DNA of 36,658 nt, taken from the NCBI GenBank assembly GCA_003152075.1, contig PLZG01000022.1:40151-76808 (forward strand). Reading direction: 5' to 3'. Source of the DNA: a candidate division FCPU426 bacterium (GTDB lineage: Bacteria; Oederibacteriota; Muellerivitia; Muellerivitales; Muellerivitaceae). Made by a program: the position numbers and the translations under genes. Shown here one piece after another: positions 1 through 8,127 of this stretch (within the stretch, counting starts at the first letter, position 1; each line of letters starts with the position of its first letter). A model generated the notes under the pieces. The model had not been told where the DNA came from. It did not search any database and saw only the letters and a list, made by a program, of their open reading frames with translations.

Positions 1-203
1 AGCACGTCGGTTGTTTTATCCTTCTTCCGGTATTGGCGATTCAAACGGCGGACTTCCGAATCCCCCGTCAGGACAATGGAAAGTTCCGAGCGTTTTTCAA
101 AAGCGGGGCCTTTTACCTTTTTGAGCACGAGAGAAGACAAGCGACGAAGCCATGCCGGGGAAACAGGCTGGGATTTTACCGAACAGCGGACAAGAAGTTT
201 CAA
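1..203 (-). CDS. ybeY: rRNA maturation endoribonuclease YbeY, 5' part (runs off the window start)
   Basis: Not in the ORF track; translated by hand from TTG at 203 (GAGG SD upstream): MKLLVRC...ELSIVLTGDSEVRRLNRQYRKKDKTTDVL, matching the YbeY LNxxYRxxDxxTDVLSF motif; directly downstream of phoH. Confidence 0.9.
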   Translation of the reverse strand, partial: MKLLVRCSVKSQPVSPAWLRRLSSLVLKKVKGPAFEKRSELSIVLTGDSEVRRLNRQYRKKDKTTDV

Positions 204-215
204 AAAAGACCTCTC

Positions 216-288
216 AACACAGAGTGAACAGAGTACAGCCTAAGTATTTTCCGAAAAAATAAGTCTTACTCCGTTTAACTCTGTGGTT
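216..288. repeat. Imperfect inverted repeat in the phoH-ybeY spacer (CACAGAG...CTCTGTG type)
   Basis: aacacagagtgaacagagta (216-235) pairs with tactccgtttaactctgtggtt (267-288). Confidence 0.6.
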
Positions 289-1267
289 AATTTTTCGGTT
301 TCTTTTCTTCCTCATGGGAATGGTAAGCCTCCAGGATATCTTTCACCAATTGATGCCGAACCACATCCTTTGGGCTGAAGAAAACGAACTCAATCCCCTT
401 CACCTTGGAAAGAATGTGCTGAATCTCGATAAGGCCCGAGCTCTTTCCCAAGGGAAGATCGATTTGGGTGACGTCGCCGGTGACCACAACCTTGGAGCCC
501 GTCCCCATGCGGGTGAGGAACATCTTCATCTGCTCGGGGCTTGTGTTCTGGGCCTCATCCATGATGATGAAAGCGTTCGACAGGGTTCGGCCCCGCATAT
601 AGGCCAGGGGGGCCACTTCCACCGTTCTTTGGTGGAAAAGCCGTTGAAGCTTTTCGTATTCGACCATGTCATAGAGTGCGTCATAGAGGGGGCGCATATA
701 GGGATCCACCTTGTCCTGCAGGTCGCCAGGAAGGAAGCCCAACTTTTCACCGGCCTCAACCGCGGGCCGGGTAAGGATCAACCTTTCCACTTCCCCATTC
801 CGCAGGGCGGCTACCGCCATGGCCATGGCGAGGTAGGTCTTGCCCGTTCCCGCTGGACCGATTCCAAAAACGATATCCTTGGCCTTAATGGCTTCCACGT
901 ATTTATGCTGGTTGTCCGAGCGGGCGAAGATGGGTTTCTTATGGGAGGAAACCAGGATGGTCTCCCGCGTCGGACCTTCTTCCTCCAGGGGATGCCCTTT
1001 GGCCTCGGCAATAAACTTCTTAACCGCCCCGGGCTGAAGGTATCCCTCGTAGCCCTTCTTTAAATGTCCCCTCAGGCGCTCAATGACCTGGGTAGCGTGG
1101 GAAACTTCCAGGGGCTCCCCGGTAAGGATGATCTCATTCCCACGGGCCACCAGGGTAACGGGGAAGGAATCCCTGAGCAGTTTCAGGTTATGGTCCTTCT
1201 CCCCCACCAGTTGCAAACATTCCTGCTGGTCCTCGAACATAATTTTTCGGCTGACGGCTTGTGACAC
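287..1267 (-). CDS. phoH: PhoH-family ATPase (PhoH/YbeZ-like)
   Basis: GPAGTGKT P-loop, RPAVEAGEKLGFLPGDL, MRGRTL, DEAQN, GDVTQIDL motifs. Start reassigned to GTG at 1267 (GGAGG 5 nt upstream). Confidence 0.95.
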   Translation of the reverse strand: MSQAVSRKIMFEDQQECLQLVGEKDHNLKLLRDSFPVTLVARGNEIILTGEPLEVSHATQVIERLRGHLKKGYEGYLQPGAVKKFIAEAKGHPLEEEGPTRETILVSSHKKPIFARSDNQHKYVEAIKAKDIVFGIGPAGTGKTYLAMAMAVAALRNGEVERLILTRPAVEAGEKLGFLPGDLQDKVDPYMRPLYDALYDMVEYEKLQRLFHQRTVEVAPLAYMRGRTLSNAFIIMDEAQNTSPEQMKMFLTRMGTGSKVVVTGDVTQIDLPLGKSSGLIEIQHILSKVKGIEFVFFSPKDVVRHQLVKDILEAYHSHEEEKKPKN

Positions 1268-1283
1268 GAAAACCTCCCAAAAA

Positions 1284-1355
1284 GCTATCAGTTCGCAGCT
1301 ATCAGCTGTCAGTAAAATCTTTCCATAAACGACTTCGCTGATGGCTGACAACTGC
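1284..1355. repeat. Inverted heptamer tandem arrays (GCTATCA/GCTGTCA family)
   Basis: gctatca gttcgca gctatca gctgtca (1284-1311) facing ctgatgg ctgacaa ctgc (1338-1355). Confidence 0.65.
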
Positions 1356-1359
1356 CTTT

Positions 1360-1400
1360 AAATAAAAAACTCCCTTTTCACTCATGCGAGAAAAGGGAGT
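1360..1400 (-). terminator. Intrinsic terminator after the LysM lipoprotein gene
   Basis: Perfect 11-bp stem ACTCCCTTTTC/GAAAAGGGAGT (1369-1379, 1390-1400) followed on the minus strand by TTTTTATTT. Confidence 0.8.
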
Positions 1401-1443
1401 CATTATTCTAAAACTAACGTTAGGCGATCGAAACCGATCCCAC

Positions 1444-1965
1444 TTAGAAATAATCAATCGGCAAAGCTTCACGAGGCTTGTGATGGGGCACATAAACCGG
1501 GGTATCGCTGGCGTCCTTGCGGGACTTTTTGATTTCTTGTTCGTTGAAGTCCTGACGGATGCAGAATTCCTGTTTGGGATAAATCAAATCCGGGTCGACG
1601 ATTTGATCCCGGTTGGCCTTAAAGATCAGGGGCCATTGGAAATTGTCATGATAACCACTGCCCGATCCTGAAATATCCCAAAGGGTATCGCCCCTGACGA
1701 CGATGTACTTGTTGCAAGGGTTCGCTGCGGGTGGGGGCGGTGGTGCCGCAACCTCTTCGGCCGGCGCGGGAGGCGGCGGAGCCTCAGCTACTACTGGAGG
1801 AGGAGTCGGCGCCAGGGTGGGCGGCGCGATAGGAGGAGCGACCACCTCATTGGCCGGAGGCATGGTGGGGACTTCCGCGCCTTCAATGCGCTTTTTCCCC
1901 GCGCAACCTATGGATAACAGGAATATCGTCGCCGTAGCGGTTAAAAACCATTTCGAACCGTTCAT
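1444..1965 (-). CDS. LysM peptidoglycan-binding lipoprotein with Pro/Ala-rich linker
   Basis: Lipobox LSIGC, Pro-rich linker, LysM YIVVRGDTLWDIS...WPLIFKANRDQIVDPDLIYP. Confidence 0.88.
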   Translation of the reverse strand: MNGSKWFLTATATIFLLSIGCAGKKRIEGAEVPTMPPANEVVAPPIAPPTLAPTPPPVVAEAPPPPAPAEEVAAPPPPPAANPCNKYIVVRGDTLWDISGSGSGYHDNFQWPLIFKANRDQIVDPDLIYPKQEFCIRQDFNEQEIKKSRKDASDTPVYVPHHKPREALPIDYF

Positions 1966-2005
1966 TTCCTATTCCCCCTTGGTCGCTTCAGCTACCAGTT
2001 CGAAT

Positions 2006-2034
2006 ATTATGGGAGCAATCCCCCAACCCGTCAA
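2006..2034 (-). promoter_or_regulatory. Sigma70-type promoter of the LysM gene
   Basis: TTGACG (2029-2034), 17-nt spacer, CATAAT (2006-2011) on the minus strand. Confidence 0.65.
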
Positions 2035-2092
2035 GGATGACCAACTGGCCATTAAGCATGGAAAAGACGGCGTTTAACAAAAGCTTTCCAAC

Positions 2093-2101
2093 TGTTAAAA
2101 T
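2093..2101 (+). promoter_or_regulatory. Extended -10 element of the GH36 gene
   Basis: TGTTAAAAT ending 11 nt before the ATG; no SD visible, so a very short leader is likely. Confidence 0.4.
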
Positions 2102-2112
2102 CCCCAAGCCAC

Positions 2113-4290
2113 ATGATCACTTTTAATTCCAAACAAAAAATATTCCACCTGGAAGGCCAAGGGACCTCTTATGTCATTGGCGTCTCGCCTCGCGAAGACT
2201 TCCATCACCTTTACTGGGGCAAATCCCTTTCCTCAAAAAGCCTTCAAAAGATCCTCCGGGATTGGCAAAAAAGAGCCATTGAGACCGAACACCATATCAG
2301 CCGGGAATTCCAGACACGTGAATTTCCAGACTTCGGACATAACGACTTAAGGGCACCCGCTTTCCAAGTAAAACAAGCCGATGGTTCCCGAGTCAGTGAG
2401 TTTCTTTATGTCTCTCATAGCATCACTCCAGGCAAACCCGATTTCGGCCTTGGTCCCTCTTCCCAAGTTGAAGACAGCGACCAAGTCCAAACCTTGCGGA
2501 TCAATCTTGTCGACAAGCTCAAAAAACAGGAATTGGAACTTTATTACACCCTTTATCCTCAACGGAACATCGTAGTTCGCCGGACCATCCTGAGAAATAA
2601 GGACGCCAAGCCCATCAGCCTTTTAAAACTCATGAGCTCCAGCCTGGATTTTGCCCCCGGCCCCTATCGCCTGGTGCGTTTCCCAGGCGCCTGGGCCAAC
2701 GAACGAAAAATGGTTGAGGGGCCTCTGTTACCTGGCACCACCCGCTTGGAAAGCCGCCGGGGGATTTCTTCCCATGAGATGAACCCCTTCACCATGGTCA
2801 CCCGGGGGGAAGCCACCGAGGAGAAAGGTGAGGTTTATGGTTTCGCCCTAGCCTATAGCGGCAATTGGCTGATGGAGGCCGAACTGTTTCGCACCGGCGG
2901 CTTGCGGCTCAACGCCGGCTTAAACGATTTCGACTTCGAATGGCAGCTTAAACCCGGCGAAAACTTCACCACCCCCGAATGCGTCCTGGCCTATTCCCCC
3001 AATGGCTATTCCCAACTGAGCTTGGATCTTCACCATTTCACCCGAGAAAAAGTAATTCGGGGAACTTGGCAATATAAGCCCCGGCCCATTCTCATCAACA
3101 ATTGGGAAGCCACCTATTTCAAATTCAACCATGACAAATTGATGAAAATCGCCAAGGCTGGCAAGGAAGCGGGAATCGAGTTGTTTGTCCTAGACGATGG
3201 GTGGTTCGGCAAACGGGACAACGACACCACTTCCCTGGGTGACTGGTTCGTGGACAAAAGAAAATTACCCAAAGGTTTACGCGGCCTTTCCGATGACATC
3301 CATGGCCTGGGACTCAAGTTCGGCCTTTGGATAGAGCCCGAAATGATTTCTCCTCAAAGCCAGCTTTACAAGAAACATCCCGACTGGTGCTTGCATGTTC
3401 CTGGCCGAAAACGCCGTATGGCCCGAAGCCAGTTGGTGCTGGACATGAGCCGTCCTGAGATAAGGGATTACCTGTTCGATACCATTAGCAAAGCGTTGGA
3501 AGAGGCCCGGGTGGATTACGTGAAGTGGGACATGAACCGCTCCCTCTCGGAAGTGGGAAACAGGGTTCTTTCGCCCCAAAAACAGGGTGAGCTATACCAC
3601 CGTTACATGATGGGAGTTTATGACCTGATGGACCGCCTAAACCGGAGATTCCCGAGGGTGCTTTTTGAGGGTTGCTCTGGCGGCGGCGCAAGGTTTGACC
3701 TAGGGGTTTTGAGCTACCATCCCCAAATTTGGACTTCAGATAACACCGACGGCCTAGAACGCCTCTTTATCCAATATGCCACAAGCTTCGCTTACCCGCC
3801 CATCGCCATGGGTGCCCATATTTCCAGCGTTCCCAACCACATCACCCACCGGTCCATCCCTTTGAAATGGCGGGCCTTGGTGGCCATGTCCGGCAACTTC
3901 GGGGTGGAAGCCGATATTTCCAAATGGAGTCCACGAGATCGAAAGGAACTGGCCGGTTATATCCGATTTTATAAGGAAATCCGCCCCCTAGTTCAATTCG
4001 GCGATTTCTACCGGTTGGAAAGCCCCTATAACTCCCTACAAACTTCCTGGATGTTTGTGAATAAAACCCAAACGGAGGCATTGCTGTTTGTGTTTCAGGT
4101 GAAGCCTTGGACCAAAGGCACAAAGGTCCCGCCGATCAAGTTGCGGGGTTTAAATCCAAGTAAAACTTATGAAATCAAGGGAGAGAAGTTAAAAATTTCA
4201 GGGAAAAAGATGATGAAAGTCGGCTGGCTACCAAAGGCTTTTAGAACCGCGCGAGGAAATTACCATAGTTCGCTTTACCGTTTAATATGA
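2113..4290 (+). CDS. Alpha-galactosidase, GH36 (melibiase type)
   Basis: NNWEATYF, FVLDDGWFGKR, GLWIEPEM, YVKWDMNR, CSGGGARFD, WTSDNTD motifs. Confidence 0.95.
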   Translation: MITFNSKQKIFHLEGQGTSYVIGVSPREDFHHLYWGKSLSSKSLQKILRDWQKRAIETEHHISREFQTREFPDFGHNDLRAPAFQVKQADGSRVSEFLYVSHSITPGKPDFGLGPSSQVEDSDQVQTLRINLVDKLKKQELELYYTLYPQRNIVVRRTILRNKDAKPISLLKLMSSSLDFAPGPYRLVRFPGAWANERKMVEGPLLPGTTRLESRRGISSHEMNPFTMVTRGEATEEKGEVYGFALAYSGNWLMEAELFRTGGLRLNAGLNDFDFEWQLKPGENFTTPECVLAYSPNGYSQLSLDLHHFTREKVIRGTWQYKPRPILINNWEATYFKFNHDKLMKIAKAGKEAGIELFVLDDGWFGKRDNDTTSLGDWFVDKRKLPKGLRGLSDDIHGLGLKFGLWIEPEMISPQSQLYKKHPDWCLHVPGRKRRMARSQLVLDMSRPEIRDYLFDTISKALEEARVDYVKWDMNRSLSEVGNRVLSPQKQGELYHRYMMGVYDLMDRLNRRFPRVLFEGCSGGGARFDLGVLSYHPQIWTSDNTDGLERLFIQYATSFAYPPIAMGAHISSVPNHITHRSIPLKWRALVAMSGNFGVEADISKWSPRDRKELAGYIRFYKEIRPLVQFGDFYRLESPYNSLQTSWMFVNKTQTEALLFVFQVKPWTKGTKVPPIKLRGLNPSKTYEIKGEKLKISGKKMMKVGWLPKAFRTARGNYHSSLYRLI

Positions 4291-4300
4291 GGTTGAAAAG

Positions 4301-5377
4301 TTATGGCTGAAATTTCACAATCCGTTCGTTTCCATAATCAGCCACAAAAACACTGCCATCTTTTCCAATGCCAAGACCCATAGGATAAAGGGATATTTTT
4401 TTGGTTCCTTGTGCTCTCCCGCAAACCAGCACATTACCTTTCGAATCAAACTTTTGTATACGGTTATTATCCGAATCCAAAACATACATCTCTCCATTAT
4501 TCCCAAGCGCAATCCCAACTGTGTTATTAAACTGACCCATCCCGCCTCCATTTCTTCTCCAAGACTTTAAAAATTTTCCGTTCGAATCAAATTTTTGGAC
4601 ACGACAATTCCCAGAATCAACAACATAAACATTTCCAAAACTATCAGCCTTAACACAGTTAGGATTGTAGAATTCTCCATCCTTTGAGCCTTTTCGCCCC
4701 CACTCAGTTACCGCTTTTCCCTGAGGATTGTATCGAATGATTTTCGAAAACTCCGTTTCCACAAGATAAACAAATCCATTCCGGCCCACTGTAATGCCAC
4801 AAGGTTTATGATATTGTCCAAACCCCGGACCATAACTTCCAAATCTTTCCAATAGTTTTCCATCATGATCTACCTTCAATACCGATCCCGTTTTACAATC
4901 AGAAATATAAATATTGTTCTTTTCATCAAGAGCCAAATACAACGGACAATCCACACGCCTCATTTCAAGGATTCCGCGATGAGCCTCCTCGCCTTCAGGA
5001 ACAAAAGGGGGTTTTCCAGATATCAGGAAACCCGCTTTTTCTTCACCCATCTTTTCAACTTCATCCGAAATAGAATGTTGGGGCAAATTCGGAAGATTAG
5101 AAACTTCCAATTTTTTTTGAGCTTGTTTGAAAAAGTCTTCCACTGACAAGACACTAACCAGAACCCCGACCTCATTAAATTCAACAATATTTCCATAATT
5201 GATATCCGTAACAAAAACATCACCATCATTGCCAATCGCCAAATCAAATGGTTTACCAACATCGCCTCTGAAGCCACGTGGTAATTTCCAGGATTGAATA
5301 AAGGATAAGGGATCAGAGAAAAGAGGGATGGGAAATAAAGCGCAAAGTAAAATTAGGACCAGCAAACGCTTCAACAT
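4301..5377 (-). CDS. Secreted NHL-repeat beta-propeller protein (low GC)
   Basis: Signal peptide; repeated GxxxGQFxxPxGIxV..G.VYVxDxxNxRIQKF units; nucleotide similarity between 4440-4490 and 4581-4632 (141-nt period). Confidence 0.88.
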   Translation of the reverse strand: MLKRLLVLILLCALFPIPLFSDPLSFIQSWKLPRGFRGDVGKPFDLAIGNDGDVFVTDINYGNIVEFNEVGVLVSVLSVEDFFKQAQKKLEVSNLPNLPQHSISDEVEKMGEEKAGFLISGKPPFVPEGEEAHRGILEMRRVDCPLYLALDEKNNIYISDCKTGSVLKVDHDGKLLERFGSYGPGFGQYHKPCGITVGRNGFVYLVETEFSKIIRYNPQGKAVTEWGRKGSKDGEFYNPNCVKADSFGNVYVVDSGNCRVQKFDSNGKFLKSWRRNGGGMGQFNNTVGIALGNNGEMYVLDSDNNRIQKFDSKGNVLVCGRAQGTKKISLYPMGLGIGKDGSVFVADYGNERIVKFQP

Positions 5378-5396
5378 AGGATAATTCTACACAATC

Positions 5397-5483
5397 TTAG
5401 CTAAGGTCTTCCAACTCAATCTTGATCTTCAATTCCTTGATCAATTCGGGGTCAATCTCCGAAGGCAAACCCGTCATCAAGTC
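5397..5483 (-). pseudogene. Orphan copy of the last 29 codons (incl. stop) of aspS
   Basis: Translates to DLMTGLPSEIDPELIKELKIKIELEDLS* versus aspS DLMTGSPSEIDEELMKELKIKIELEDLT* (6257-6343); 68/87 nt and 24/28 aa identical, no gaps. Confidence 0.92.
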
Positions 5484-5487
5484 TGGA

Positions 5488-5928
5488 TTATTCATACCTC
5501 CAAAGCCACACCACATCAACTCCCGCCCATTCGCCTAAGCGGCCTTGGATGCGGTCCGCCGTAAGAAGTGGAAAGCCCGTTTTTTTGGCAAGCTGAACGT
5601 AAAGAGCGTCATAAACGGTCGCTTTCGGGATTCCGTGTTTGCGGGCAGACGCCGTCAGAGCCACTGATTGAGCAAGAAATTCGGCGTCCCAAGGCGCCTT
5701 ATCCGATAACTGGGCCGCCGCCAGAAGAAACCAACGTTGACCCTGAGGCCCCATTCTTGTAAATCGGTTGGCTAATTCATAAAGCGCGAATTCGGGAACG
5801 ATCACGCGTACTTCCCCGTCCCCGAATCTCTGGTAAAGCTGATCTGCCTCTTCCCAGTTAGGTTCTTCTTTTCCCAGGTACCACTTGAGGAGCACTGAGG
5901 CATCTACCACAAAGACAGGGATGGTCAC
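5488..5928 (-). CDS. vapC: PIN-domain toxin, VapC family
   Basis: VVDASVLLKW...PEFALYELAN...YDALYV...LLTADR acidic PIN tetrad; GTG start overlaps the antitoxin TGA (GTGA). Confidence 0.9.
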   Translation of the reverse strand: MTIPVFVVDASVLLKWYLGKEEPNWEEADQLYQRFGDGEVRVIVPEFALYELANRFTRMGPQGQRWFLLAAAQLSDKAPWDAEFLAQSVALTASARKHGIPKATVYDALYVQLAKKTGFPLLTADRIQGRLGEWAGVDVVWLWRYE

Positions 5929-6188
5929 TTATGGTCCCGTTCCCTGTCCTCCCGGATCATCTTGATGGCCGTCTTCCCCTTGCCCCAACCTGTAGCCCTG
6001 GCCTCCTGAACGCTTAATCGCCATTCCTCGAAGCCAGTCCTCTCGGCAGGAGGAATATAAACCACACCCGAGAACCAGTGTCTGACCGCCTCACGAACGG
6101 CTTCAGAGCGGGTCATATGGTTTTTTTTGGCCTTATCATCCATACGCTTGAGCATTTCATCGGGAAGGGAAACAAGGATTTTGGACAT
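5925..6188 (-). CDS. Ribbon-helix-helix (CopG-like) antitoxin
   Basis: MSKILVSLPDEMLKRMD...TRSEAVREAV RHH pattern and C-terminal IREDR; ATG at 6188 has a GGAGG SD, so the ORF-track start at 6248 is too long. Confidence 0.88.
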   Translation of the reverse strand: MSKILVSLPDEMLKRMDDKAKKNHMTRSEAVREAVRHWFSGVVYIPPAERTGFEEWRLSVQEARATGWGKGKTAIKMIREDRERDHK

Positions 6189-6198
6189 TACAGCCTCC

Positions 6199-6248
6199 GG
6201 ATATCTAGTAGATATCCAAAGGATAAGCTGATTCAGAAAGGAAGTCAA
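6199..6248 (-). promoter_or_regulatory. TA promoter with palindromic operator
   Basis: TTGACT (6243-6248), 17 nt, TATCCT (6220-6225); perfect palindrome GGATATCTA-C-TAGATATCC (6199-6217) over the expected +1 and touching the SD. Confidence 0.75.
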
Positions 6249-6256
6249 TCTTCCGC

Positions 6257-8047
6257 TTAGGTTAAATCTTCCAACTCAATTTTGATCTTCAGTTCCTTCA
6301 TTAGTTCTTCGTCTATTTCCGAGGGAGAACCTGTCATTAAGTCCGTAGCCTTGGCGGTCTTGGGGAAAGCGATGACGTCGCGGATATTGGGCGAGCCCGT
6401 CAGGAGCATAGCGATACGGTCCAACCCGACAGCCATTCCCCCATGGGGCGGGGCGCCGTAGGTCAAAGCTTTGAGTAGGAAGCCGAACCTCTCCTGCGCC
6501 TTTTCAGGCGAGATATCGAGCATACCGAAGACTTTAGACTGCAATTCGGAATCGTGGATACGGATGGTTCCACTGCCCAATTCAAAACCATTCAAGACCA
6601 TGTCATAAGCGCGAGCCGTGACTTTAGTGGGGTCAGTATCCATAAGCGGTAAGTCCTTATCCATGGGGGCAGTAAAGGGATGGTTCATGGAAAAAAGCCT
6701 TCCCTTTTCGTCCTTCCCGAACATGGGAAAGTCCGTTACCCAGGCGAAGGCCCACTTGGGACCTTTCTCAAACAATCCCTTGCGCCGGGCCAGTTCTACC
6801 CTCAAGGCGCCTAGTGAATCGTTCACTACGGTCAGCTGATCCGCACCAAAAAGGAGCAGGTCCCCTTCCTCACCCTTCAGCACTTTTAATAGTTCCGTTT
6901 GCACTTCAGGAGAGAAATATTTGGCGATATTGGAATCCAGTTTGCCGTCCTTGACCTTGAACCAAGCCATCCCCTTAGCCCCATACTTGCCAACGAAGCC
7001 GGTTAATTCTTCGACATCCTTACGGGAAAAGTCCGCGCAACCCTTGGCGTTGATGGCCTTCACAATCCCACCTTGGGCCAACACATCCTTGAAAACCTTG
7101 AAGTCTGATTTAGCGGCCACCGAACCCACGTTCACCAGAGGAAGGTCAAAACGAAGATCGGGTTTATCGTTACCGTAGTTTTCCATCGCTTCGGCATAGG
7201 TCAAACGGCGGAAAGGAGTCTTTAAGTCCTCGCCCAGGGATTCTTTCACAATGGCCTTCATCAGACCCTCGCCGACGTGGTAAATGTCCTCCTCGTCGAT
7301 AAACGACATCTCCAAGTCAATCTGGGTGAATTCCGGTTGGCGGTCGGCCCGCAAGTCCTCGTCCCGGAAACACTTGGCTATTTGGAAATACTTATCAAGC
7401 CCTGCGATCATGCAGGTTTGCTTTAACTGCTGGGGGCTTTGGGGCAAAACGAAGAACTTGCCGGGATTGACCCGGCTGGGCACTACATATTCACGCGAAC
7501 CCTCGGGAGTGTTCTTTATGAGGATCGGGGTCTCGATTTCAAGGAACCCTTCCCCGCTCATGTAATTGCGGGCCGCCATGGCCATCTTGTGGCGAGCGAT
7601 GAGTTTGTTTTTCATGGTTTCACGGCGCAGGTCGAGATAACGGTATTCCATCCGGGTTTCTTCAGCCACATCCACATCGTCTTCGATCGGGAATACAGGA
7701 GTCAAAGAGGGGTTCAAGACCTTCACTTCGTTACAACGGATTTCCACTTCTCCTGTGGCAATCTTGGGGTTTATGGTTCCCTCGGGGCGTTTGGTCACTT
7801 CGCCTTTGACGGCCAATACCCATTCATTTCGGATAAGGTGAGATTGTTTCAAGGCTTTATCGGCCAATTGCGGGTCGAAAACGATCTGGGTCACCCCATA
7901 GCGATCGCGCAGGTCGACAAACACCAACCCGCCGTGGTCCCGGCGATGGTGTACCCACCCCATGAGGGTCACGGTCTTGCCGATGTCGGAAGCCCGAAGG
8001 TCCCCGCACTTGTGTGATCTTTTCCAGCCGCTCATCATTTCAGCCAC
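6257..8047 (-). CDS. aspS: Aspartate--tRNA ligase, probably non-discriminating (Asp/Asn)
   Basis: RRDHGGLVFVDLRDR, LPQSPQ, CFRDEDLRADRQPEFTQ, GAD insertion, GAPPHGG..GLDR, FPKT; GTG start with AGGAG SD. Confidence 0.98.
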   Translation of the reverse strand: MAEMMSGWKRSHKCGDLRASDIGKTVTLMGWVHHRRDHGGLVFVDLRDRYGVTQIVFDPQLADKALKQSHLIRNEWVLAVKGEVTKRPEGTINPKIATGEVEIRCNEVKVLNPSLTPVFPIEDDVDVAEETRMEYRYLDLRRETMKNKLIARHKMAMAARNYMSGEGFLEIETPILIKNTPEGSREYVVPSRVNPGKFFVLPQSPQQLKQTCMIAGLDKYFQIAKCFRDEDLRADRQPEFTQIDLEMSFIDEEDIYHVGEGLMKAIVKESLGEDLKTPFRRLTYAEAMENYGNDKPDLRFDLPLVNVGSVAAKSDFKVFKDVLAQGGIVKAINAKGCADFSRKDVEELTGFVGKYGAKGMAWFKVKDGKLDSNIAKYFSPEVQTELLKVLKGEEGDLLLFGADQLTVVNDSLGALRVELARRKGLFEKGPKWAFAWVTDFPMFGKDEKGRLFSMNHPFTAPMDKDLPLMDTDPTKVTARAYDMVLNGFELGSGTIRIHDSELQSKVFGMLDISPEKAQERFGFLLKALTYGAPPHGGMAVGLDRIAMLLTGSPNIRDVIAFPKTAKATDLMTGSPSEIDEELMKELKIKIELEDLT

Positions 8048-8062
8048 GTTATTTCTCCTGGT

Positions 8063-8088
8063 AATAAAAAAGGCCCCTAAAAGGAGCC
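8063..8088 (-). terminator. Intrinsic terminator between hisS and aspS
   Basis: GGCTCCT-TTT-AGGGGCC hairpin followed by TTTTTTATT on the minus strand. Confidence 0.65.
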
Positions 8089-8127
8089 GTATAATAACAC
8101 AACTTTAAAGACGCTCAACACCTCCAT

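Noticed and set aside
33-227. 64-aa plus-strand ORF
   Set aside because: Antisense to the clearly recognisable ybeY 5' fragment.
1268-1351. N-terminal extension of PhoH in the ORF track
   Set aside because: It reads through the heptamer repeat; GTG at 1267 has a good SD.
1700-1870. GC-rich low-complexity tract
   Set aside because: Simply encodes the Pro/Ala linker of the LysM lipoprotein.
5397-6343. Prophage or integrative-element attL/attR pair
   Set aside because: Copies are only 78% identical with codon-patterned differences, enclose under 0.8 kb, and no integrase is present.
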